In this document: piece by piece, positions 29,960 through 40,708 of the stretch
How the letters are laid out: each line of letters starts with the position of its first letter
Numbering within the stretch: position 1 is the first letter of the stretch
From: Cyanobacteriota bacterium
GTDB taxonomy: Bacteria > Cyanobacteriota > Cyanobacteriia > Thermostichales > Thermostichaceae
Reading direction: 5' to 3'
Assembly (NCBI GenBank): GCA_033764955.1
Contig: JANRIL010000040.1
Coordinates: 74,524-138,523 of the forward strand
Length of the DNA stretch: 64,000 nucleotides
The notes under the pieces: model-generated
What the model saw: the letters and a program-made list of their open reading frames with translations, nothing else
What the model was told of the DNA's origin: nothing
The model's database searches: none
Made by a program: the position numbers and the translations under genes

Positions 29960-31126
29960 TTAGGAATGATGGGTCGCTGGCTGAGAGGCTGCCTTCTCAG
30001 ATAAGGCTTTAGCCATTGTGGAGAGCAAGAGCTTTGGATCAATAGGTTTGGCCATAAAGTCGTAACAGCCCACCATCTTGGCGCGAAAACGGTTCACAAT
30101 ACCGTCACTGCTGCTTAGGGCAATCATGGGGGTTTCGCTAAAATGTGGCTGTTTGCGGAGTTGCGTAACCAACTCATAGCCACTCAGATGGGGCAGCTCC
30201 AGATTGACAAGGATCACATCGGGTTTCTGCTGCATCAACTGTCGAATGGCTCGCAAGGGATCCTGAAAGGTTACCACCCGATGTCCGGTGCGGGTAAGCA
30301 GTATCTCTAGGGATTGACAGACCCAGCGATCTTCGTCAATGCAGGCAACCAGGATGGCTGGGCAGGAGTCGCGGCTAATGGGAGGAATGGGATCCGGCAA
30401 GTCGGGTAGGGTAACCACCTCAATTTGGCCGGACTGCAAATAAGGGGCTAGGGAGGATCCCAGATCGGCGATGTCTTGGTTGAAGGAGCGAGCCAGATCA
30501 AAAAAAGTTTGTTGCCCATCCAATCCTTCCGCCCAGGGCAGTGTTGACCAGTCTTGCCCCACCTCGATCTGAGAAGGGCAAAGAATCGGAGCCTGCCAGG
30601 GATAGCAGTGAGCTAAGCCCCTTTCCTGCCAGCGTTGGATCTGCTGGGGCAAACCCGCGAAGAGGACTTCGGGATCGAGCAACACAGGATGGGTGGAAAA
30701 GGGACTCTCTTGGGGAATCAGCTTGAGATCAGACCAAGCCAAAAGGCTGACCTCCAGCAAGACCTCTTGCAGAGCCGCCTGAATCAGTGCTGTTACCTGC
30801 TCGCGGCCAATCCAACGTCGCTCCAACCACCAGCAGAGCAGTTCATATTCCCAGCACACCCCTAAACTGTTGGAAACCGCGTCCGAAAGATTGGTGGGCA
30901 GTTGAATGGTTTCTAGTTGGAGGTTAGGACAGTAGGCGGCTAAACAACGTCGCCAGCGCCGCACCCGATGTGGCCCGCCATTGGCGTAGAGCAACCGCCC
31001 TAGGTGAAAGTGAAAGGTATAGCTCTGGGATCCCGTCAGGATCATTTGCCCACTAAAACAGTCCCGCTTAAGGCTGAATAGTCGGTCAGACAAGCTAGAG
31101 AGAAGAAGGGTGCTGCGCCTAGACAT
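29960..31126 (-). CDS. PatA-family response regulator (PATAN plus receiver)
   Basis: LGRLLYANGGPHRVRRWRR..WEYELL N-terminal domain; C-terminal receiver with KPDVIL and KP. Confidence 0.85.
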   Translation of the reverse strand: MSRRSTLLLSSLSDRLFSLKRDCFSGQMILTGSQSYTFHFHLGRLLYANGGPHRVRRWRRCLAAYCPNLQLETIQLPTNLSDAVSNSLGVCWEYELLCWWLERRWIGREQVTALIQAALQEVLLEVSLLAWSDLKLIPQESPFSTHPVLLDPEVLFAGLPQQIQRWQERGLAHCYPWQAPILCPSQIEVGQDWSTLPWAEGLDGQQTFFDLARSFNQDIADLGSSLAPYLQSGQIEVVTLPDLPDPIPPISRDSCPAILVACIDEDRWVCQSLEILLTRTGHRVVTFQDPLRAIRQLMQQKPDVILVNLELPHLSGYELVTQLRKQPHFSETPMIALSSSDGIVNRFRAKMVGCYDFMAKPIDPKLLLSTMAKALSEKAASQPATHHS

Positions 31127-31452
31127 CTGTGAAACCCGCCAGCCGAGTGTTCAATAAATTGAATGATGGGGAACTTTTGTTGCAAAATTTTGACTAGAGA
31201 AATAGGGATATTTATCCAACAAATTTCTGGTATTTATCTTCGCACAAACTCGAAAGCCTTGCCAGTCAAGGCATTAGACATATCCAAACTTGGGTAAAAT
31301 CTCGATTATCTCATTCGTTGCAGACAGCTAGACCCATCTGTACTTATACGGATATAAGGAAGAGGCTAGGCCAGATTCCAGGCAAGAATACTCCCCATGG
31401 GTGAGGACAATAAGTGATAAAAAGAAGGCAATGGTAGGGATCCCCGACACTC

Positions 31453-32460
31453 ATGCAGATCAACCGGATTTTGGCTGTTACTCTGATTCTTGTTTGCCTA
31501 CTGGCCGCGCTGGTGGGGGGATCCCGTACCCTCAAGGCCAGTCCGGCCAGTCCATTGGCGGGGGGGGGGCTAGGGCGAATTGCCGTCGTCAAAGTAGAGG
31601 GAGCGATTGGACAGGAGAGTTCGGGGTTTGTCTCAGCGGGATCCCTAGAAACCCGTCTACTCAAGCTAGCCAAAGCTAGTGATGTGAAAGGGGTGCTCTT
31701 GCAGATCAACAGCCCCGGTGGACGGGTGGGCACCAGCCAAGAGATTTATCGAGCGATTCTGGCTATCAAGGCCGCCCAAAAACCCGTGGTGGCCACGATG
31801 GGGGATATTGCCGCCAGTGGTGGATACTATATTGCCAGCGCCGCCGATAAAATTTTTGCCAATCCGGGCAGCTTGACGGGCAGTATTGGGGTCATCCTGC
31901 AAGGACTGAGTTTTGGGGAATTGCTGGAGGAGTATGGCATTCAACCGCAAACGTTTAAGACGGGAGCCTACAAAGATATTTTGTCTCCCTATCGTCTGTC
32001 CACCCCCGCCGAGAAGGAATTGTTGCAAGCCTTGATTGAAGATACGTTAGATCAATTTGTCGAGGATGTTTCCCAAGGACGGCAGCAGATCCCCAGCCAA
32101 GCAGATATTCTCTCGGAGGAGATGCTCACGCTCCGCCAGCAGATGACTCCTAGCCGTGTGCGCGAGCTAGCGGATGGACGGGTTTTTACGGGACGACAGG
32201 CGGTGACGGTGGGTTTAGTGGATGCCATCGGTAGTTATCCAGAAGCGCTGGCGGATCTGCGGCGATTGTTGAAGGATGACCAGGAAATGTTGAGTGTTGG
32301 GGAAGAGGGAGCCGGAGTGGAAAGCGTGATTCGCCGCTTATTGTTGTCGCAGTTGTCCGGATCTGCTGGCTTGGGATCCCCTTGGGCAGGCGGGCTATGG
32401 CAAGAAGGGCGTCCAGAGGTGTCGCTCCTCTGGTTGGCTCCCGCCTGGTTAACTCATTAA
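31453..32460 (+). CDS. sppA: Signal peptide peptidase SppA (short form)
   Basis: INSPGG, AASGGYYIA, TGSIGV, ADGRVFTG. Confidence 0.92.
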   Translation: MQINRILAVTLILVCLLAALVGGSRTLKASPASPLAGGGLGRIAVVKVEGAIGQESSGFVSAGSLETRLLKLAKASDVKGVLLQINSPGGRVGTSQEIYRAILAIKAAQKPVVATMGDIAASGGYYIASAADKIFANPGSLTGSIGVILQGLSFGELLEEYGIQPQTFKTGAYKDILSPYRLSTPAEKELLQALIEDTLDQFVEDVSQGRQQIPSQADILSEEMLTLRQQMTPSRVRELADGRVFTGRQAVTVGLVDAIGSYPEALADLRRLLKDDQEMLSVGEEGAGVESVIRRLLLSQLSGSAGLGSPWAGGLWQEGRPEVSLLWLAPAWLTH

Positions 32461-32474
32461 AGGGAGCATAAGAG

Positions 32475-33680
32475 ATGGAGGGATCCCTGGTGGAGCGGGT
32501 GGGATCCGCAAGCCCGTTCCCACAGCTAACGAGTGCCCATTTGCTTTTGCCCAGCGACGCTTATGAGCTAGCCAGGAGTCGCGCCTGGGTTGAGGTGGAT
32601 CGGCAGGCTTTGCACCACAACCTAAAGGTGTTGCGCCAGCAGTTGAGGGCTGATACCCAGATTTGGGCAGTGGTTAAGGCCAATGCCTATGGTCATGGTG
32701 TCCAGATTATTGCTCCTACCGCCATCGCTGCCGGAGCCGAAGGGGTTTGTGTCGCCACCCTGGCGGAAGGGATGGAGTTGCGCCAGCAGGGGTTAACTGC
32801 CTCGATTTTGGTGCTGGGGGCACTCAACACCGAACTGGAGGTTAAACTCGCCCTCTCTTCCCAACTGGATTTGACCCTTACGGATGCAGGTCAGATCCCT
32901 CTTCTACAGGCCGTGGGATCCCGCCATCCCACCCCGATTCCCCTACACCTGAATGTGGATACGGGCATGACCCGCTTGGGTGTACCTTGGCAGCAAGCCG
33001 CCGCTATTTGGCAGGATTTGCTCCAGATCCCAGAATTTGCCTGTCGCAGTTTGTATTCCCATTTGGCTACCGCCGATGAAGTGGATACCCAGGTGGTGGA
33101 GCTGCAGGAGCAGCGCTTCCAGACTGTGATTGAAGACTTACAGGCACGGGGCTTAGGGATCCCTGTTTTGCATGTCGACAATTCGGCGGGAGCTTTAGCC
33201 AGTCGGCGGCGGCATCATCAACGGGTTCGTCTGGGGCTGGTGCTTTATGGGTTGGCTCCGGCATCCCATCTCCATCTAGAGGATTTGCGCCCCCTCCTAC
33301 AAATCAAAGCCCGCATTACCCATCTGCAATGGGTGGAGGCAGGCACAGGGGTCAGCTACGGCCATCGCTATCTCACCCCTCAAGCCGCCCGCATTGCCAC
33401 CGTGGCGATTGGCTATGCCGATGGGATCCCCCGCCGATTGTCCGGTTGGTTGCAGGGCTATCTGCACGGACAAAAAATTCAACAGGTGGGCACAATCACC
33501 ATGGATCAATGTATGTGGGATGTCACCCCCCTAAAGCAGGTGGCGGTTGGGGATGTGGTGGAACTGTTTGGAGCCGATCTCACCCCCCAGCACTGGGCCG
33601 ATCATCTGGGCACGATTGCCTATGAAATTTTGTGTGGCTTTTCCGCCCGCTTGCCCCGCCTAGAAAAAGCATCCGGTTAG
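32475..33680 (+). CDS. alr: Alanine racemase
   Basis: AVVKANAYGHG, VDTGMTRLG, GYADG, TMDQCM. Confidence 0.95.
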   Translation: MEGSLVERVGSASPFPQLTSAHLLLPSDAYELARSRAWVEVDRQALHHNLKVLRQQLRADTQIWAVVKANAYGHGVQIIAPTAIAAGAEGVCVATLAEGMELRQQGLTASILVLGALNTELEVKLALSSQLDLTLTDAGQIPLLQAVGSRHPTPIPLHLNVDTGMTRLGVPWQQAAAIWQDLLQIPEFACRSLYSHLATADEVDTQVVELQEQRFQTVIEDLQARGLGIPVLHVDNSAGALASRRRHHQRVRLGLVLYGLAPASHLHLEDLRPLLQIKARITHLQWVEAGTGVSYGHRYLTPQAARIATVAIGYADGIPRRLSGWLQGYLHGQKIQQVGTITMDQCMWDVTPLKQVAVGDVVELFGADLTPQHWADHLGTIAYEILCGFSARLPRLEKASG

Positions 33681-33737
33681 TTTGAGGGGACGGCTGCTCA
33701 CGTTGACCCCGTGCCGTGGCCGTCATGGATGTCAACT

Positions 33738-35097
33738 AGAACAGCATTCCTCCCGCGCTCTACCTGAAAGGTGAGCGTCGGGAGGAATGCGCGGCAGATT
33801 GAGGGGTTCGATACCCTGAAAGCTGCCAAATACGGTATAGTCGAAGCAAGAAATTTCACCATTTGAAAATGACTCAAGTCCTTACGGTTTCTTGTAAATT
33901 GACGGTCACGCCGCAGCAGGTTGAAAAACTGGATGCGGTGCTTTCCGCCTTTGCAGCCTGCTGTGAGTTCGTGAATGCTAAGACCCCTGAAAAGCTGACA
34001 AACCAGATTGCCGTGCAGTCCTTGATTTACAAGGAGGCTAGAGCGCATTCTGGTTTGTCCGCCCAAATGACCATCCACGCTATCCGGCGTGTCTGTGCGA
34101 ACCGGAAGACAGCTAAGCAGAAGGGTAGGCTCGTTAAAGGGTTTGCCCCAACTTCCGCCACTTACGACAGCCGCACCTTCACGTTGCGCCAAGGCGCCGC
34201 TAGCACGAACAGAGAACCCGATTGGGTGGTTAGCTTGACTATGTTGAAGGGTAGAGAGAAGTTTAAGCTGCACATCGGCAACTACCAGAAGCATCTGCTG
34301 CAAGGGCAAAGCCCCAAGTCGGCAACGCTGGTTAAACGCAATGATGGCAGCTTCTACCTGCAAATCCAGTTGGAGTCTGAGCCGCCAGCCATCCCCGATA
34401 CGGACGATGTGCTGGGAGTCGATTTGGGGCGCACCGACATCGCTTGTACATCCGAAGGAGGGAAGTTCAGCGGAAGGCAGGTCATGCAGACCAGGGACAA
34501 ATACAGTCGTGTAGGGGCTTGGTTGCAACGCAAAGCGTCCAAAGGCACAAGGTCTAGTCGGCGCCGCTGCCGTCAGCTCTTGCAACGGTTGAGTGGACGT
34601 GAACGAAGATTCCAAGCATGGTTGAACCATACCAGCAGTTATCGACTGATCCAGAAGGCCAAAGCCGCAAATCAGTCCACCGCCCTTGAGGATCTCATAG
34701 GTATCAGAGAACGCACCAACGAACTGCCACGCTCTAAGACGGAGCGTAGACGGTCTAACAGTTGGGCGTTTTATCAGTTGCGCCAATTTCTGACCTATAA
34801 AGGCGTGAAGTTTGGCGTGGACGTGAGGCTGGTAGATCCTCGCTACACCTCGAAAACTTGTCATTGATGCAAAGTGATCGGCAATCGACAGGGCAAAAAG
34901 TTTGAGTGCCTGAACCTGTCCTGCGGATGGGTCGGTGATGCTGATGTAAATGGAGCGAAAAATATCGCTACTTTGGGGGCGCTCGTAAACCGCCCTAGAG
35001 GCTCCGAGGTAATGTCTTGCTCTTTGCAAGATGTTGTCTTGAGGGCTACTGAAAGCCCGCTCCCTACCGATTAGGCGGTCGGAGTCGGGTAGTTTAC
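33738..35097 (+). mobile_element. IS200/IS605-family tnpB-only (IS1341-like) element
   Basis: Left-end hairpin 33744-33790; right-end hairpin 35056-35089 preceded by AAAG and followed by TTAC; no tnpA; no GGGATCCC inside. Left boundary is approximate. Confidence 0.85.
33869..35074 (+). pseudogene. tnpB: RNA-guided endonuclease TnpB with an in-frame nonsense codon
   Basis: RuvC motifs GVDLG, LEDL and DADVNGAKNI are intact, but TGA at 34865-34867 interrupts the Zn finger (TSKTCH*CK). Confidence 0.9.
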
Positions 35098-35328
35098 ACT
35101 CGTCAGCCCCTCTGCCCGACTCCGATGGGGTGACAGCTTGCCGATCTGATCCCATTCGCGTTTGTAAAGATTGTTATCAAGAGGCAAACATTCGGTGAGG
35201 ATCCCTTGTCTTTGCGGGAGAAGGGTCTCTCAGGTCAGAGTTTCGGGTGATAGTTGGCATAGACACAGTTGATCCGTTAATGGTTGCGTAAGGGGATCCC
35301 AATGGCTATGGATAGGGCAAAGCAGGAG

Positions 35329-36966
35329 ATGAATACAGCGGAATTGTTGGTGCGCTGTCTAGAGAATGAGGGGGTTCGCTATATTTTTGGCCTGCCTGGT
35401 GAGGAAAACCTGGAGGTGTTACAGGCGCTACGCCATTCCTCGATTCAGTTTATTACCACTCGCCATGAGCAGGGAGCTGCCTTTATGGCGGATGTCTACG
35501 GTCGGCTGACGGGCAAAGCGGGAGTTTGTCTCTCTACGTTAGGACCAGGAGCCACCAATTTGATGACGGGGGTGGCGGATGCCAATCTGGATGGAGCGCC
35601 CTTAGTGGCCATCACCGGACAGGTGGGAACGGATCGGATGCACATTGAATCTCACCAATATCTGGATTTAGTGGCCATGTTTGCTCCGGTAACGAAGTGG
35701 AATGCCCAAATTGTTCGCCCCAGCATTACCCCCGAAATTGTCCGCAAAGCCTTTAAGCTTGCCCAAACCGAAAAGCCGGGAGCCGTGCATATTGATCTCC
35801 CCGAAAACATCGCCGCTATGCAGGCAATCGGACAACCATTGCGGAAAGATGGCCATGAAAAAACCTTTGCTTCCTATCATGCGTTAAACGAAGCAGCAGC
35901 CCTGATTTCGCGGGCAGTTAACCCTCTGATTTTGGTGGGTAATGGAGCCATCCGTGCCCAAGCCAGCAACGCCCTCACCGAGTTTGCTACCCGTTTGCAT
36001 ATTCCGGTGGTGAATACCTTTATGGGCAAGGGGGTGATTCCCTATACTCATCCCTTGGCGCTCTGGGCAGTTGGGTTGCAGCATCGGGACTATATTAGCT
36101 GCGGGTTTGATCAAACCGATTTGGTGATTGCCATTGGCTACGATCTGATTGAATATTCTCCAAAAAAGTGGAATCCTGATGGACGGATCCCGATTGTACA
36201 TATTGCTACCACCCAAGCGGAAATCGACAGCAGTTATATCCCAGAAGTTGAAGTTGTGGGGGATATCTCCGATTCATTGCTAGAGATTTTGCGGCGGGCG
36301 GATCGAGAGGGAAAACCGGATCCCTATAGCCTAAGTTTGCGAGCCAATATCCACGCTGACTATAAGATGTATGCCCATGACGAAGGGTTTCCCATCAAAC
36401 CACAGAAGTTAATTTATGATCTGCGGCAGGTTTTAGGATCCGAAGATATTGTCATTTCGGATGTGGGTGCTCACAAAATGTGGATGGCTCGTCATTATCA
36501 TTGTGACAAACCCAATACCTGTTTAATTTCTAATGGCTTTGCGGCAATGGGAATCGCCATTCCAGGGGCGGTGGCGGCTAAGTTAGTCTATCCTGATCGC
36601 AAGGTTGTAGCCGTAACGGGAGATGGCGGGTTTATGATGAACTCCCAAGAACTAGAAACGGCCTCTCGAATTGGCACTCCTTTTGTTACCTTGATTTTTA
36701 ATGATGGGGGATATGGCTTGATTGAATGGAAGCAACACAATCATTTTGGCGAATCGGCATTTGTCAAATTCACCAATCCCGACTTTGTTAAGTTGGCTGA
36801 AAGTATGGGACTAAAAGGCTATCGTATTCACTCAACAGAGGAGCTAATTCCTACCCTAAAAATGGCTCTTGACCAGCCAATTCCTAGCGTGATTGACTGC
36901 CCAGTTGACTATAGTGAAAACCTTTATTTCACCCAAAAATCTGAACAAATCAGTTGTGCCATTTGA
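35329..36966 (+). CDS. ThDP-dependent acetolactate-synthase-like enzyme, probably the cyanobacterial 2-oxoglutarate decarboxylase
   Basis: MNTAELLVRCLENEGV..GLPGEENL, RHEQGAAFMA, GDGGFMMN; AGGAG RBS before ATG 35329. Confidence 0.8.
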   Translation: MNTAELLVRCLENEGVRYIFGLPGEENLEVLQALRHSSIQFITTRHEQGAAFMADVYGRLTGKAGVCLSTLGPGATNLMTGVADANLDGAPLVAITGQVGTDRMHIESHQYLDLVAMFAPVTKWNAQIVRPSITPEIVRKAFKLAQTEKPGAVHIDLPENIAAMQAIGQPLRKDGHEKTFASYHALNEAAALISRAVNPLILVGNGAIRAQASNALTEFATRLHIPVVNTFMGKGVIPYTHPLALWAVGLQHRDYISCGFDQTDLVIAIGYDLIEYSPKKWNPDGRIPIVHIATTQAEIDSSYIPEVEVVGDISDSLLEILRRADREGKPDPYSLSLRANIHADYKMYAHDEGFPIKPQKLIYDLRQVLGSEDIVISDVGAHKMWMARHYHCDKPNTCLISNGFAAMGIAIPGAVAAKLVYPDRKVVAVTGDGGFMMNSQELETASRIGTPFVTLIFNDGGYGLIEWKQHNHFGESAFVKFTNPDFVKLAESMGLKGYRIHSTEELIPTLKMALDQPIPSVIDCPVDYSENLYFTQKSEQISCAI

Positions 36967-37038
36967 GGGTTCAAAAGCTCTTTTTGATCTTTTGTGCTTG
37001 CCTTTTCTTCTCTTAAGATCGTGAGTAGTGTAAACGGC

Positions 37039-39264
37039 TCAGGTAACGGGATCCACCGTTACCCAGGCATTGTAGTCGGGCACACCCTCCTGGGAACGGC
37101 GAGTCTTATCGAGGAGGATATTCCCCTCCGGCCAATAAATTTGTAGGTTGCCCGGTTTAACGGCAGCAATCTGGATGCGTCCCTGATATTCTCCTTGGGC
37201 ATTCCGCAGGATCACGGGATCCCCTGCCCGCAGGTGGAGAGCTTGGGCGTCGGCTGCATTCATATAGACGGCATCCCGTAGCGCTCCCGTGATGGCATCT
37301 TTCTTCTCCTGTACCATGCTGTTAAATTGCTTGCCTCGCCGTGTGGTGACCCGAAATTGCCCCGGAGGGATGGCGGAGTCGGGCAAGGGTAGGGCACTAA
37401 AGTGAGCTTTGCCGTCGGCGGTGGGAAAGTTCCAGCCAAAGCAGAGATGGGATCCCCCATACTGAAACTGATCGCCCGCTTCCTTGAGGTGTTGGATGCC
37501 AGCATATTGAGGATTCACCCGTGCAATTTCGGCGCGGATGGCTGCCGTCGAGTCAAAGCGCAATTGATCCTCCAACTCAGGACGCACCCGTTGGGCGATC
37601 TCCATAAACACCTGCCATTCTGGACGCGCTTCGCCAATCCGAGGGCCAGGAATTTCGGGACTAAAAATCACCCGTCGTTCGGTGCTGGTTTCCGTGACTC
37701 CCCCTGTCATCTCGTAGCGGGTGGTGGCGGGTAGCAAAATGACTGTATCGGCGGGATCCACCAACATCTGACTGGAGCAGACGATATCCCAATGCACCCG
37801 CAGAGGCACCTGGGCGAGTGCTCCATCCACATAATCGGGATCCGGCAAAACCTCTAGGAAGTTCCCCCCCACCGTCAGTAACACATCCAACTCTCCAGCC
37901 GCCGCCGCCTCGATCATCTCGGTCGCCGTCCGCCCCACCTGATCCGGCACCGGAAATCCCCAAAGCTGGCTGAGGGACTCGGCATTTTCAGGACTAATCG
38001 GTTTGCCCCCCGGCAGAACGGTGGCATAGCAGCCCATCTCCGCTCCTCCCTGCACCCCCGAATGTCCGCGAATCGGCATTAAGCCGCAGCCTTCCCGTCC
38101 GACAAACCCTTTGGTTAAGGCCAAGTTGATGATGGCACGCACATTGTCTTCCCCACAGGCATGTTGGGTGATCCCCATACTCCAGACAAAAACCGCCTTA
38201 TTAGCCTGGGCAACCATCTGGGCAAAGCGCCCCATTTCTGCTGCTGATATACCGGATAACCGTTCCAGATCTGACCAGGATTGCTGATCCAGAGAGGCTT
38301 TTAGCTCAGCAAAGCCAGTGGTGTAGTTTTCAATAAAGGCGTGATCCACTCCATTTTGCTCAATTAAGTGTTTGATCACCCCATGCAAAAAGGCGACATC
38401 CCCGCCGATATTGACCAAGAAAAAATCTTCGACAAACTTAGTGCCAAATAGGGCGCTTTCGGGAATAGAGGGCACCCAGTAACGTTCCATCCCCGGTTCT
38501 CGATAGGTATTGATGCCCACCATGCGAGTCCCTGCTTTTTTCGCCCAATGCAGATACTTGACGGTGACGGGCTGGTTGTTGGCCACATTCGAGCCAATAA
38601 ATACCAATAGATCCGTACCAATCCAGTCTTTATACGAACAGGTGGTGGCGGCGGCTCCGATCGAGGCTTTCAGGGCAGCGGTGCTGGGGGAGTGACAGAT
38701 ACGGGCTGCATTATCGATGTGGTTGCATCCCATTGCCCGCATCGCCTTTTGGATGGCATAGTAAGTTTCATTAACCGTGCCTCGACTGGTCACATATCCA
38801 CTAATCCGTGCGGGGGAGGAGGCGCGAATCCGCTCAGCAATAGTGGAGAGGGCTTCTTCCCAGGAAATACGCTGAAAGCCGGCATCCCCTTTTTGTCTCA
38901 ACATCGGATAGGGTAAGCGCCCCATTTCCCGCAGTTGGGCACTTTTGAGTCCGCGCAATGCCGCCACATCCTGCAAACGAGCGATATCCAGGGATCCCAT
39001 CGTATTCATTTGCAAGAGGCGCAGCCGCACATTACAAACATGCAGCCCATCCAACGTCCAATCCTTCATGCCCGTTGTACCAAGGGCACAGCCATCGCAA
39101 ACCCCTTTGTTGAGAATCTCCCAGGCATAGGGCAGATTTTGCCGACTTTGCCAGATAGCCCGCATCACCTCCCAATAATTGTTGGGATATTGCTCTCCCC
39201 ATCCAAAGGGCTTCCAGGTAGCCCAATGTTCGGGAGTCCAACCAGATTGGGGTTTTGGCAGCAT
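37039..39264 (-). CDS. FdhF/YdeP-family molybdopterin oxidoreductase
   Basis: GVCDGCALG, ARICHSPS, PIRGHSGVQG, TRRGKQFNSMV. Confidence 0.88.
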   Translation of the reverse strand: MLPKPQSGWTPEHWATWKPFGWGEQYPNNYWEVMRAIWQSRQNLPYAWEILNKGVCDGCALGTTGMKDWTLDGLHVCNVRLRLLQMNTMGSLDIARLQDVAALRGLKSAQLREMGRLPYPMLRQKGDAGFQRISWEEALSTIAERIRASSPARISGYVTSRGTVNETYYAIQKAMRAMGCNHIDNAARICHSPSTAALKASIGAAATTCSYKDWIGTDLLVFIGSNVANNQPVTVKYLHWAKKAGTRMVGINTYREPGMERYWVPSIPESALFGTKFVEDFFLVNIGGDVAFLHGVIKHLIEQNGVDHAFIENYTTGFAELKASLDQQSWSDLERLSGISAAEMGRFAQMVAQANKAVFVWSMGITQHACGEDNVRAIINLALTKGFVGREGCGLMPIRGHSGVQGGAEMGCYATVLPGGKPISPENAESLSQLWGFPVPDQVGRTATEMIEAAAAGELDVLLTVGGNFLEVLPDPDYVDGALAQVPLRVHWDIVCSSQMLVDPADTVILLPATTRYEMTGGVTETSTERRVIFSPEIPGPRIGEARPEWQVFMEIAQRVRPELEDQLRFDSTAAIRAEIARVNPQYAGIQHLKEAGDQFQYGGSHLCFGWNFPTADGKAHFSALPLPDSAIPPGQFRVTTRRGKQFNSMVQEKKDAITGALRDAVYMNAADAQALHLRAGDPVILRNAQGEYQGRIQIAAVKPGNLQIYWPEGNILLDKTRRSQEGVPDYNAWVTVDPVT

Positions 39265-39462
39265 AGGAGGTATCCGCAGGAATAAATAGGAAGAATCGAA
39301 TCAGTCGTTGGTGGGGGTTTATCTGAAAAGTTTTTTGTGGGCACTTGAGGCTAAAGTTGGCGGGGTCTATTTAGTCTCTGGTTAACTATAGATTCAGAGA
39401 GCAAAAAACGAAAGCTCAGCTTCTCCCCCTGCACAGGCAAGAAACCGACTCAGGCCATTGCT

Positions 39463-40695
39463 TCAAAAAACGGTTCCATCACTGATAATTTGTAGGGGTG
39501 GGATCCCACCGGGACGCCGCTGTGCCGCCATCTGACGACCCGCCAGCCAGGTTCCTCCCTGAAGCACTTTCACCAGGGGCAACGATTGGCTGGTCAACCC
39601 CAAACTCTGGCGGATGACCTGAGCCACCTCATCCAAGAGACAAACCGTTAAAGCTCGCCACTCCACCACCAGCTCAGAACCCACCCAATGCGCCTGTTGG
39701 ACGTGCGTCGGATCTCGGAGGGTGAGCAACCCTAGATCGAGAAAAAGGCCGCCATTGCGATATTCTGGTAAACCTGTCAAAGCATCAAGATCCGTGATGG
39801 ATGCTCCCAATGCCTGGAGGGGCTCCAACAAGGAATAGGTTAACCATTGGGAGAGCTTGTGAAAAGGCACCCATTGGTGGTGAGGCTGGGATCCGCTAAG
39901 GGACGAGTGGAACCAGGCATCTCCCAAATTGACCCCTTGCCAGTGCAGCCGACCCGGCCAAATCGTGCCCAAACTAGCCATGACCGCATCAAAGACCGCC
40001 TGCGCTGAAATTGGGGATCCCGTTTGCCAAAGATAGTCCACCAGATAACCCAGACGCCCCGGAGCGCTGCCAAAGAAGGCTGGCTGATTGGTTAGCGCTT
40101 TGCCCAATTGCTGCAATAAATGCCAACGTCCCTCCAGCCCCACCAATGGATTCTCCGCGCTGACCTGCAATCCCACCGCCAACTGCTCTAGGGTGAGGTT
40201 TTGTAACCCCTGCCCATCCGTTTGCCAAGGAAAATCAGGACGGCTAGAAAAAGATCCTGTCTTAAATAGGTGAAAACTGGCGATGGCTAAGCCTTCTGAG
40301 CGAGCATAGCGGGTTTGGGTGAGGGGATCCCAATAGCTCCAGCCCGCTCCGGCTCCCGCATCCAGCAACACACTGGGAATCACCCAGTCAAACTTGACTC
40401 TCGCCTTGTCTAGAGCCGATAGGGGGGGCAACTCCTGGTCTAGGTGCTGCCAACGATCCACACCTCCCACTTCTAGGTGTCGCCAGCGACTGTGAAAAGG
40501 GATATCAAGATCGGGATAATGACGGCGCATTGTTGCCACAACATAGTCCGCTACCCCTTGCATTTTGGAAGGATTCACCCGAAAGTGCGGCAGATGATCG
40601 ACACCAGCCAACTCAAAAAGCTGAAGGCAGCGGTCTCGAATCGCCGGAGCCGACAGCAGATAACGGACGGGATCCCCAGGATAATCTTCTGGCAT
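39463..40695 (-). CDS. URC4/Urg3 (DUF1688) family protein
   Basis: IPFHSRWRH, SVLLDAGAG, FHKLSQWLTYSL, LTGLPEYRNGGL, SDGTVF. Confidence 0.9.
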   Translation of the reverse strand: MPEDYPGDPVRYLLSAPAIRDRCLQLFELAGVDHLPHFRVNPSKMQGVADYVVATMRRHYPDLDIPFHSRWRHLEVGGVDRWQHLDQELPPLSALDKARVKFDWVIPSVLLDAGAGAGWSYWDPLTQTRYARSEGLAIASFHLFKTGSFSSRPDFPWQTDGQGLQNLTLEQLAVGLQVSAENPLVGLEGRWHLLQQLGKALTNQPAFFGSAPGRLGYLVDYLWQTGSPISAQAVFDAVMASLGTIWPGRLHWQGVNLGDAWFHSSLSGSQPHHQWVPFHKLSQWLTYSLLEPLQALGASITDLDALTGLPEYRNGGLFLDLGLLTLRDPTHVQQAHWVGSELVVEWRALTVCLLDEVAQVIRQSLGLTSQSLPLVKVLQGGTWLAGRQMAAQRRPGGIPPLQIISDGTVF

Positions 40696-40708
40696 GGGAT
40701 ACCCAAAA

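Noticed and set aside
33686..35146. Structured ncRNA (6S-like) interrupted by the IS
   Set aside because: The joined flanks form hairpins (GTTGAC..GTCAAC) but total only ~100 nt and match no family I can confirm; an Infernal search would be needed.
33698..35155. 485-aa antisense ORF spanning the whole tnpB element
   Set aside because: It is a shadow of tnpB with no recognisable motif, and it crosses both element ends, so it cannot predate the insertion.
35164..35177. NtcA-like GTA-N8-TAT upstream of the ThDP enzyme
   Set aside because: One mismatch to consensus and no supporting promoter evidence.
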